Shown: positions 1 to 8,093 of the stretch, piece by piece
Position numbering within the stretch: the stretch's first letter is position 1
Layout of the letters: each line of letters opens with the position of its first letter
Source of the DNA: Bacteroidota bacterium
GTDB lineage: Bacteria; Bacteroidota; Bacteroidia; Bacteroidales; Paludibacteraceae
Direction: 5' to 3'
Assembly (NCBI GenBank): GCA_017860335.1
Contig: JAFNAU010000001.1
Coordinates: 1 to 49,642, forward strand
DNA: 49,642 nucleotides
Program-made: the position numbers and the translations under genes
Notes under the pieces: model-generated
Seen by the model: the letters and a program-made list of their open reading frames with translations, nothing else
Databases searched by the model: none
What the model was told of the DNA's origin: nothing

Positions 1-14
1 AATGATTATTCTTT

Positions 15-327
15 ATGAAAATAAGAAATCTTTTGCTCTTGTCGGTTTTTATTGGCCTTAACGTATTTGGTCAGATTTAGGGATCGCTTAAATGGGCTTT
101 TATCTCTTTACGTGGACGACAAGACACCGCTTGCTCAACCGTATCAGGTACAGGAAAATGACCGGACACGGACAATCAGTACCATCGGCGATAAATGGAG
201 TTATCTGCAACGCCACAAGTTTGGCGCCAATGCACAACCCTTCTATATCATGCTCGACAACTCTGGTAAACCGCTCAATAAATCCTTTGCATTCGATGAA
301 AATCCCGATCATTTCATACAGGCTTGA
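15..327 (+). pseudogene. Remnant of a DsbD-type thioredoxin-fold protein. A 21-codon signal-peptide ORF is followed, in another frame, by only the last ~85 codons of the C-terminal thioredoxin-like domain.
   Basis: Frame 3 has ATG at 15 and reads MKIRNLLLLSVFIGLNVFGQI, then TAG at 78-80. Frame 1 has stops at 16-18 and 22-24, is open from 25, and encodes ...LSLYVDDKTPL...TIGDKWSYLQRHKFGANAQPFYIMLDNSGKPLNKSFAFDENP... to the stop at 325-327. I recognise this motif set from the extreme C-terminus of long Bacteroidota thiol:disulfide interchange (DsbD-like) proteins. No transmembrane core or CxxC is present. Confidence 0.5.
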
Positions 328-388
328 ACAGGAAAATATCGAAAAAAAACATTTGTTGTCAATTTTGTCAGTTAGAAAATAAATTTTC

Positions 389-447
389 CTGCCAAAATGT
401 CCCGATTTCTGCCAAAAATCACTTTCGGACATTCTGGCAGGTTTTTT
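389..447 (+). terminator. Rho-independent terminator
   Basis: 15-bp stem CCTGCCAAAATGTCC / GGACATTCTGGCAGG with 1 mismatch, a 24-nt loop, then a T6 run. Confidence 0.7.
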
Positions 448-530
448 GTAAGATGAATTATGGCATATTTTTTATGCCCCGATGAAAAGAATATTACATT
501 ACCATAAAAGAATAAAATTTTAAAAACCGG

Positions 531-1100
531 ATGAAAACAAGAAAACATTCTTCAGAAGACGAAAAGATACATGATGAAGTGCCTGTGACGGATACAAATC
601 AGGAAACAGCAATAGAAGAAACAACGGAAAACGAAGCTGCAAAAATTGCCGAAGACCTGGAACAGCTAAATCAGAAATGTGAAGAGTTAAACGACAAAAA
701 CCTTCGCCTGATGGCCGAATTTGACAATTTCCGTAAGCGTACGCTCAAAGAAAAATCAGAACTGATAAAAAATGCCGGAGAAAATATCTTCGTAAACATT
801 TTGCCGTTGGTCGATGATTTCGAAAGGGCTATGAAAGCGATGGGAACCACTGATGATATTGTCGCTGTTAAAGAAGGAATTGATTTGATATATGCCAAAT
901 TTATCGGTTTCCTGGATACAAACGGTGTAAAAGCAATACCCACTGAAAATGAACCGTTCGATGTGGATAAGCATGAAGCTGTTACCATGTTTCCGGCTCC
1001 GTCTGAAGATATGAAGGGAAAAATCATTGATTGTATGACAAAAGGATATACTTTGAATGATAAAGTAATCCGTTTTGCCAAAGTAGTTGTAGGTGAATAA
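531..1100 (+). CDS. grpE: Nucleotide exchange factor GrpE
   Basis: 189 aa with an acidic N-terminus, then ...LRLMAEFDNFRKRTLKEK... and the C-terminal beta-domain ...HEAV....G.I..CMTKGY.LNDKVIRFAKVVV typical of GrpE. It lies immediately upstream of dnaJ. Confidence 0.93.
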   Translation: MKTRKHSSEDEKIHDEVPVTDTNQETAIEETTENEAAKIAEDLEQLNQKCEELNDKNLRLMAEFDNFRKRTLKEKSELIKNAGENIFVNILPLVDDFERAMKAMGTTDDIVAVKEGIDLIYAKFIGFLDTNGVKAIPTENEPFDVDKHEAVTMFPAPSEDMKGKIIDCMTKGYTLNDKVIRFAKVVVGE

Positions 1101-1154
1101 AATAAAACAATTCAAAGACAGGCGGAAGCTTTTCTTTGATAATAAGATATAAAT

Positions 1155-2171
1155 ATGTCCGGAAAAAGAGATTATTACGAAATATTAGAAGTTTCGAAAT
1201 CAGCCAGTGCTGACGAAATCAAGAAAGCATACCGCAAAAAGGCAATTCAATACCATCCCGACAAAAATCCGGGTGATAAAGTCTCCGAAGAAAAGTTCAA
1301 AGAAGCTGCAGAGGCTTATGAGGTGCTGAGTGATCCGCAAAAACGTCAGCGTTACGATCAGTTCGGACATGCAGGCGTAGGAAGCAGCGCTGCAAGCGGT
1401 GGCGGATTTGGAGGAGGAATGAGCATGGATGATATCTTCTCTCATTTCGGCGATATTTTCGGCGGACACTTTGGTGGTTTCGGTGGCTTCGGAGGTTTTG
1501 GTGGTTCACAACGCAGCGGAGGTCAACGCGTTCGGCGCGGATCTGATTTACGGGTAAAAGTCAAACTTAACCTGGCTGAGATAGCAGCCGGAGTTGAAAA
1601 GAAAATTAAAGTAAAGAAATACGTCAGTTGTCAGCACTGCAACGGTTCTGGAGCAGCTTCCGGTTCAGGAATGTCAACCTGCTCAACCTGTAATGGCAGT
1701 GGCCGGGTAACCCGTGTACAGCAAACCATACTCGGTCAGATGCAGACCTCTTCCGAATGTCCTACATGTGGAGGTGATGGAAAAATTATCCGCGACAAAT
1801 GCGCTCACTGCAACGGCGAAGGGGAAATGCAGCCCGACGTGGCGGAGTTAACGGTGACCTCCTTGTTGTGGTGGAAGAAGAACCACATCCTGAACTGATA
1901 AGAGACGATAACGACCTGATATATAATTTATTGTTGTCGGTGCCGGTGGCAAGTTTGGGCGGGTCGGTTGAGGTGCCAACCTAAGGGATTGCCCAGTGTG
2001 AATCGTTACGGAACGGGTGATTTGCTGGTGAATATCGGGGTTTATATTCCCGAAAATCTCAACAAGGAAGAAAAACAGACCATGGAAAATCTGGCCAGGT
2101 CCAATAACTTTAAGCCAAATGCAAATGCATCAAAAGGTTTTTTCTCACATTTCAGAAATATGTTTGAATAG
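1155..2171 (+). pseudogene. dnaJ: Molecular chaperone DnaJ, disrupted by two internal out-of-frame deletions
   Basis: ORF 1155-1898 carries the J domain (HPD), the G/F-rich linker and CxxCxGxG zinc-finger repeats up to ...KCAHCNGEG. Homology then jumps to frame +2 at ~1823 ([53 protein letters not shown], stop at 1982-1984). It jumps back to the original frame at ~1983 (KGLPSVNRYGTGDLLVNIGVYIPENL... stop at 2169-2171). About 25 and 23 conserved residues (the IPAGV... and IDGK...GTQPG...RLRG segments) are absent in every frame. Confidence 0.85.
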
Positions 2172-2208
2172 AAGCAAATACTCTAAATAATGCTCATAAG
2201 AATGAAGG

Positions 2209-2246
2209 CATCTTCGATTCCACATGGAATCGGGGATGTTTTTTTT
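2209..2246 (+). terminator. Rho-independent terminator after dnaJ
   Basis: 13-bp stem CATCTTCGATTCC / GGAATCGGGGATG (2 G-U pairs), ACAT loop, T8 run. Confidence 0.8.
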
Positions 2247-2291
2247 AAAAGGAATCTGGTTCAACCGATGCAGACTACCATAATTATTCTG

Positions 2292-2299
2292 TATTTTTG
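2292..2299 (+). promoter_or_regulatory. Bacteroidota -7 promoter box (TAnnTTTG)
   Basis: TATTTTTG lies 28 nt upstream of the ATG at 2327. Confidence 0.55.
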
Positions 2300-2326
2300 G
2301 AACTTAAATGCTCAATACCAAATTCA

Positions 2327-4791
2327 ATGAAAGTCAGATGTGTACTGTTTCTCCTTGTGTTGTCGCTGTTTTTTGGATCAAAACTTCAGGCGCAGGATTC
2401 TACGGAAGTAAAAAAAATAAGTTCATTCATGCAGAAATACATCCGGTTTTCAGATGATTATCCACAGGAAAAAGTATACCTGCATTTCGACAATACTTCC
2501 TACTACCTGGGCGAAACAATGTGGTTCAAAGCGTATGTTGTCCGTTCCGACCGCCAGTCGCTGAGCATCCTGAGCCGTGTGCTGTATGTGGAATTGATCA
2601 ACCCCGAAGGATATGTGATTGAAACCAAAAAACTGAAAATAGAAAAAGGACAATGCAACGGAAGTTTCAACCTGGCAGCCACCAATTATTCCGGTTATTT
2701 CGAAGTCAGAGCCTATACCCGTTATATGCTTAATTTTTTCGAAGACAACTATTTTTCGAGAATATTTCCAATTTTCGATAAACCCGAAACCGAAGGACAA
2801 TACGTTACAAAAATAACAGAGCGACCCCGAAATCAGAGAATTCTGGTCAAACGTCCGGAAGTGAAGAATAAAAATAAGCTGATGCTTACGTTTTATCCCG
2901 AAGGAGGCAGTCTGGTTAGCGGGTTGAACTCAAAAGTGGCCTTCAAAGCAACAGATCAAAACGGGCAAAACGCGGTAATAATGGGTGACATTTACAACAG
3001 TAAAAACCGGAAAGTAGGTGAGTTAAATACCGAATACCTCGGCATGGGCGCATTTATCATCCAGCCAGACAGTAATGTAACCAAAGCCAAAGTTATTTTT
3101 AACAACGACGAATACTCTTTTTATTTGCCTCAGCCCCTTAAAGAAGGATGTGTCATGAATATCAACTCATCAGATTCTGTAACACTGAAAATAACCATAC
3201 AGAAAACTCCACATTTCGCTTCCGGGCAACTCGGGTTGTCCGTTACATGCCGAGGCAGACTTTATCTGATCCAGAATATTGATTTTGGCCAGGGAAATGC
3301 AGTCAGTCTGAATGTTCCGAAAAAAATGATTCCATCCGGGGTGTCACAGGTTACACTTTTCGATACAAAAGGTGAAGTGCTGAGTGAAAGACTTGTTTTT
3401 GTCAATCACCGGAGTAACCTGAAAATTGATATGACGGCCAATAAAGCCAGCTTTCAGCCATACGATAAGGTGGAGATGAATTTCAGGGTGACCGATAAAT
3501 TGGATCGTCCGCTTCCGCTGACATTTTCACTGGCGGTAAGAGACAATGCAACCTGCTCTTGTCTTCCGAGTTACGGGGATACATTGAAAATCCCGGGTAT
3601 TATTTCGAATCGAACACCGCAAGTCGCAAACAAGCCCTTGAACTCTTACTGCTCACGCAGGGATGGCGCAAGTATGACTGGAAAACAATGACCGGTGTAA
3701 CACCATTCAATCCGCAACATCCGCTCGAAAAAGAACTGGCTGCCGAAGGTAAAATAACCTCCGGCCGTTTTGGATTTGAAATGAAGGATTTTAACGGCGA
3801 GGGTAAATTGATATTGCGCTCGAAAATTAATGATAGGCAGAAAGAGACCAATATCATGCTCGATCGTAATTTCAGTCCGGGTCTGAAACCCTACAGTTTC
3901 AATGAACTGAATTTTACAGATTATTTCAAAATAAATCAGAATGGTGATAATGAAACATTCAGTACCATTCCGAATGAACTTCTGGAGGATAGCGTACTGA
4001 GAAAACTTTCCATGTCTGAAAAAATTCACGTGCTGGAAGAATTGGTGGTTACTGAAAAACGAAAACCGGTCAAAGTCAGCGTGAAATATAATGTATCCGG
4101 TGAAATGGATAAAATAAAGGATACCGGTGACTGGGAACCGGCGAGTGTCGAAGGATTTCTGGAAAAGCTGAATCAGTATTTTTCATACAAAACCGACAGT
4201 AACGGTTCTAAATTCACCTATAAAGGCAAAGGGGTTTATTTTGTCAGAGACGATTCTCCCGATTTGGTAGCTGCAGATATTGCCGAATTGATGAACAAAT
4301 CGACAGCCGATATGGTTGCAACCGAAAACACAACTTCAACGACTGAAAGCAATACTTCCACCAACTCCACGAGTGACAATCAGGCATTTGTACAGATGCC
4401 GCGATTTGACGAAATAGAGTCTATCAATATCATAGAGGATTATGGCAGTATAATTAAACTCTTTAACGGAGATCCCAAATACGACCCTACTTCAGTCTGT
4501 GTTGCTGTGATGCATATCAAGAAAAAATACCAGGAAGAACCAGCCGGAATACGCAATACAACATTCATGGGGTATTCATATCCCAAAGAATTCTACAGCC
4601 CGTATTATGAACAGGGTATTGTTCCTGATCCGAAAGACTATCGGCGAACGATTTACTGGAATCCCGATGTGAAAACCGACAATCAGGGTCAGGCAACGGT
4701 TAGTTTTTACAACAACAGTACGTGCCGCAGCATGAATGTCAGTGCCGAAACCGTTACAGAAAATGGGATAATAGGTGTGATGAACAAGTAA
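2327..4791 (+). pseudogene. Large secreted Bacteroidota protein (alpha-2-macroglobulin MG2-like / carboxypeptidase-regulatory-like family, assigned from memory), frameshifted near 3550
   Basis: The signal peptide MKVRCVLFLLVLSLFFGSKLQAQ starts at 2327. The family motif YLHFDNTSYYLGETMWFKAYVV is present. Frame A reads ...FSLAVRDNAT and then runs into unrelated sequence. Frame B continues the family motif LLLSSELRGYIENPGYYFESN....ALELLLLTQGWRKYDW from ~3553. The junction sits at a short C run (GCAACCTGCTC). Confidence 0.6.
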
Positions 4792-4802
4792 AATAAGGAA
4801 TA

Positions 4803-4842
4803 CAAAAAAAGTCTCCGGAAGAGAATTCGGAGACTTTTTTTG
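4803..4842. terminator. Bidirectional terminator between convergent genes
   Basis: CAAAAAAAGTCTCCG - 10 nt - CGGAGACTTTTTTTG, a perfect 7-bp GC core flanked by A7 and T7. Confidence 0.85.
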
Positions 4843-4866
4843 TATAGAACGGTTACTAATGTAGCT

Positions 4867-5745
4867 TCAGTCTTTTTCGTTTAGTAATAATATCCGGGCT
4901 TTCTCGAGTTCTTCAGCCGATTCACCTGCAGGATATCTGAGTTCAAGACTTTTAAGTTTTTCAACAATAATTTCGCCGATTGCGACCCGCGCAAAGAATT
5001 TTTTATCAGCCGGAATAACGTACCACGGAGCATAATCGGTAGAAGTTTTTTCCAGCATTTCTTCATAAGCTTTTTGATATTCGTCCCACTGGGCACGTGC
5101 TGACAGATCAGCCGAACTGAATTTCCAGTTTTTTTTCTTTTCTTCCAGACGTGCCAGAAGCCTGTCTTTTTGTTCCTCTTTCGACAGGTTCAGAAAAAAC
5201 TTCAGGATATGAGTCCCGTTTTGATATATATGTTTTTCAAAGTTGTTGATTTGTTCGTAGCGTTCATTCCAGAATTTTTTGTCAGCTTTTTCCGGTTTAT
5301 CAAGTCCCGGTATGTTTTCTGCCATCAGAAACTCAGGATTAACCTTTGTGGCCAACACATTTTCGTAGTGCGAACGATTGAAGATTTCAATCATCCCGCG
5401 TTCGGGCAGATCTTTGTAATGACGCCACAAATAATCGTGATCCAGCTCTTCTTTCGACGGAACTTTGTAACAATGCACCCGGCAACTTTGCGGGTTTAAC
5501 CCGGACATTACATGACGTATGACACCATCTTTTCCGGCAGCATCGGGGGCCTGAAGTATTATCAGCAGCGAGTAACGGTTGTCTGCCCAGAATTTTTCCT
5601 GAAAATCGGCCAGTTCTTCAATATTCTTAACTAGTTTCTTTCTTCCCTTTTTCTTGTTAAGACCTGCAGAAAAGCTTGTGCCCTGTTCTTTAAGTTTTAG
5701 TCTGCTTCCCGGTTTAACTAAAAAGTCCTCTGTTTTGAAATCCAT
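4867..5745 (-). CDS. ppk2: Polyphosphate kinase 2 family protein (polyphosphate:nucleotide phosphotransferase)
   Basis: 292 aa with a Walker-A-like LLIILQAPDAAGKDG, then ...YLWRHYKDLPERGMIEIFNRSHYENVL... typical of single-domain PPK2. Confidence 0.85.
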   Translation of the reverse strand: MDFKTEDFLVKPGSRLKLKEQGTSFSAGLNKKKGRKKLVKNIEELADFQEKFWADNRYSLLIILQAPDAAGKDGVIRHVMSGLNPQSCRVHCYKVPSKEELDHDYLWRHYKDLPERGMIEIFNRSHYENVLATKVNPEFLMAENIPGLDKPEKADKKFWNERYEQINNFEKHIYQNGTHILKFFLNLSKEEQKDRLLARLEEKKKNWKFSSADLSARAQWDEYQKAYEEMLEKTSTDYAPWYVIPADKKFFARVAIGEIIVEKLKSLELRYPAGESAEELEKARILLLNEKD

Positions 5746-6156
5746 TTTTATCTATAATTAAAGGTTTCGCTAATAAATATATTTTAAGGAAACAAATACA
5801 AATATAAGAAAGTTCAATAAAAAAAAGTACAATTGTCAGAAATTTTGTTCGTGTTTTCTGGAAATATGAAAATATTTTTTTATTCATTTTCGACTAGTTT
5901 TACATGATATGTGTTATTCTTAGAGTATTTTTTTTGTAAAATAAATATTTATATAAAATTAATGTTTCAGAATGTAAATACAGGATGTAAAAGACGAATC
6001 TGATTAAAGAAAAATTTCTCTATTATTATTTTTTTATTCGGAAAAAACTTCAGAAATTTGAACAAAATTAGAAACTGAATGATATAGCATTCTATGTTAT
6101 CAGAATGAGGTTATAATCAAAAAATCTTCTATATTCATCAAACTTATTGCTTATCT

Positions 6157-7914
6157 ATGAAAGAAATAAAATTTAGCTTGGTCTATCGGGATATGTGGCA
6201 GTCGAGTGGAAAATATGTTCCCAGAATTGACCAATTGCAAAAAATCGCACCGGTAATCATCGATATGGGTTGCTTTGCCCGTGTAGAAACTAATGGAGGT
6301 GCCTCCGAACAGGTTAATCTGCTATACGGAGAAAATCCAAATCCATCCGTTCGTACGTTCACAAAACCTTTTAATGAAGTCGGGATTCAGACACATATGC
6401 TCGACCGCGGTCTGAATGGTATTCGTATGAATCCTGTACCTGCCGATGTACGTCAGCTCATGTACAAAGTGAAAAAAGCACAGGGTGTTGATATTACCCG
6501 TATTTTCTGCGGCCTGAATGATGTGCGGAATATTGCTCTTTCAATCAAATATGCCAAAGCTGCCGGTATGATTGCTCAGGCAGCGATGTGTATCACATAC
6601 TCCGAAGTCCATAATGTTGAGTATTATGTTAATATGGCAGAACAGCTGATTGCCGAAGGTGCTGACGAAATCTGTCTCAAGGATATGGCCGGTATCGGTC
6701 GCCCCGATATGCTTGGAAAAATTGTAAAAGCCATTAAAACTTCCCATCCCGAAATTCCAATTCAATATCACGGACATTCAGGACCTGGTTTCTCGGTTGC
6801 TTCAATGCTTGAAGTGGCAAAAGCAGGAGTTGATTACCTCGATGTTGCTATGGAACCACTTTCGTGGGGTATGGTTCATCCCGATGTAATCACCATTCAG
6901 GCTATGCTTAAAGATGCTGGATTTAAAGTACCCGAGATCAATATGAAAGCTTATATGGAAGCACGCCGCCTGACCCAAAGTTTTGTGGACGATTTCCTGG
7001 GATATTTCATCGACGAAAGAAACAAATACATGACTTCCCTGCTCATCGGTTGCGGTCTGCCGGGCGGTATGATGGGCTCGCTCATGGCCGACCTCAAAGG
7101 CGTACATGCAGGTATCAATACCTATCTGAAAAATAATAACAAGCCCGAACTTTCGACAGACGAGATGCTGGTTATGCTTTTCGATGAAGTGGGATATATC
7201 TGGCCTAAACTCGGAAATCCACCCCTGGTAACTCCTTATAGCCAGTATGTGAAGAATATCGCGCTCATGAATGTGATGGCTATGATCAAGGGTCAGCCAC
7301 GCTGGGGTATGATTGATAAAAACTCCTGGGATATGATCTTGGGTAAAGCCGGAAAATTGCCCGGAAAACTCGATCCGGAAATTATCGAACTGGCTAAAAA
7401 GAACAACTACGAATTCTTCGAAGGCAATCCGCAGGACAATTATCCCGACGAACTTCCGAAATTCATCAAAGAAATGGAAAAACTTGGATGGGACAGAGGT
7501 CAGGACGACGAAGAACTCTTCGAATTTGCGATGCACGAAAAACAGTACCGTGATTTCAAATCCGGAATGGCAAAAGAACGTTTTGATAAAGAACTCGAAG
7601 CTGCTATCAAGGAAAAATATGCTCAAAGTGAAGTTCAAATACCGGATATCCGCGCTCTCAAATATCCGAATGCAGAACCTGTGGTTTCGACCGTTTCGGG
7701 TCGCCTTCTCTGGGAACTCGATTTTAATGAAGTATCGATTGAACCTCCTCATGGAAAACATTTCAAACAATTTGACATGATTTGTGCTATACAGACGAAT
7801 TATGGTGTGGAACCAATCGGAAGTTTCTGCAATGGCCGTATTGTCGGAGTAGTCAAAAATCAGGGTGATCTGGTTCGAAAAGGCGAAGCACTCGCTTATA
7901 TAGAAAAGGACTGA
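6157..7914 (+). CDS. OadA / transcarboxylase-5S-type carboxyltransferase with a C-terminal biotinyl-like domain that lacks the biotinyl-lysine
   Basis: 585 aa. This is a divergent TIM-barrel carboxyltransferase: metal and carbamyl-lysine positions are retained (VYRDMWQS, CLKDMAGIG, QYHGHSGPG). The last ~75 aa align to a BCCP/lipoyl barrel (...GKHFKQFDMICAIQTNYGVEPIGSFCNGRIVGVVKNQGDLVRKGEALAYIE), but E-A-M-K-M is replaced by A-I-Q-T-N. Confidence 0.75.
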   Translation: MKEIKFSLVYRDMWQSSGKYVPRIDQLQKIAPVIIDMGCFARVETNGGASEQVNLLYGENPNPSVRTFTKPFNEVGIQTHMLDRGLNGIRMNPVPADVRQLMYKVKKAQGVDITRIFCGLNDVRNIALSIKYAKAAGMIAQAAMCITYSEVHNVEYYVNMAEQLIAEGADEICLKDMAGIGRPDMLGKIVKAIKTSHPEIPIQYHGHSGPGFSVASMLEVAKAGVDYLDVAMEPLSWGMVHPDVITIQAMLKDAGFKVPEINMKAYMEARRLTQSFVDDFLGYFIDERNKYMTSLLIGCGLPGGMMGSLMADLKGVHAGINTYLKNNNKPELSTDEMLVMLFDEVGYIWPKLGNPPLVTPYSQYVKNIALMNVMAMIKGQPRWGMIDKNSWDMILGKAGKLPGKLDPEIIELAKKNNYEFFEGNPQDNYPDELPKFIKEMEKLGWDRGQDDEELFEFAMHEKQYRDFKSGMAKERFDKELEAAIKEKYAQSEVQIPDIRALKYPNAEPVVSTVSGRLLWELDFNEVSIEPPHGKHFKQFDMICAIQTNYGVEPIGSFCNGRIVGVVKNQGDLVRKGEALAYIEKD

Positions 7915-7935
7915 TTGAAAAATAATTCATAAGCA

Positions 7936-7979
7936 ACAAAAAAAGAATGGAAATCGCATCTGGTTTTCATTCTTTTTTT
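7936..7979 (+). terminator. Rho-independent terminator
   Basis: An A-run, the AGAATG...CATTCT hairpin, then T8. Confidence 0.7.
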
Positions 7980-8011
7980 TGTGTAATGTCAGCTAATTCT
8001 GATAAAAATCA

Positions 8012-8019
8012 TATATTTG
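8012..8019 (+). promoter_or_regulatory. -7 promoter box (TAnnTTTG)
   Basis: TATATTTG lies 75 nt upstream of the permease ATG. Confidence 0.55.
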
Positions 8020-8093
8020 TACCCTTTAGCGGATAAAAAGCAAAAAATGTTTCCGAAAATGCAACAAAATGTTTTATTTAATAGTAAGAATGT

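Noticed and set aside
92-432. ORFs 92-382 (+) and 100-432 (-) overlapping the thioredoxin-tail remnant
   Set aside because: They are alternative-frame and antisense readings of a region whose frame-1 translation carries the only recognisable motifs. The minus-strand ORF also runs through the terminator hairpin.
328-530. CIRCE/HrcA operator or other heat-shock element upstream of grpE
   Set aside because: No TTAGCACTC-N9-GAGTGCTAA-like inverted repeat is present. The only strong hairpin (389-447) is followed by a T-run and is better explained as the upstream gene's terminator.
1380-1510. GGTGG(T/C)TTCGG tandem-like repeats in dnaJ
   Set aside because: They encode the normal Gly/Phe-rich linker ([11 protein letters not shown]) of type I DnaJ and are not a repeat element.
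6802-7770. 322-aa ORF on the minus strand, fully inside the OadA-like gene
   Set aside because: It is antisense to a CDS with clear family motifs. Its translation is F/I/H-rich low-complexity sequence, as expected from reading GAA/AAA/GAT-rich codons backwards. It has no promoter box, signal or recognisable motif.
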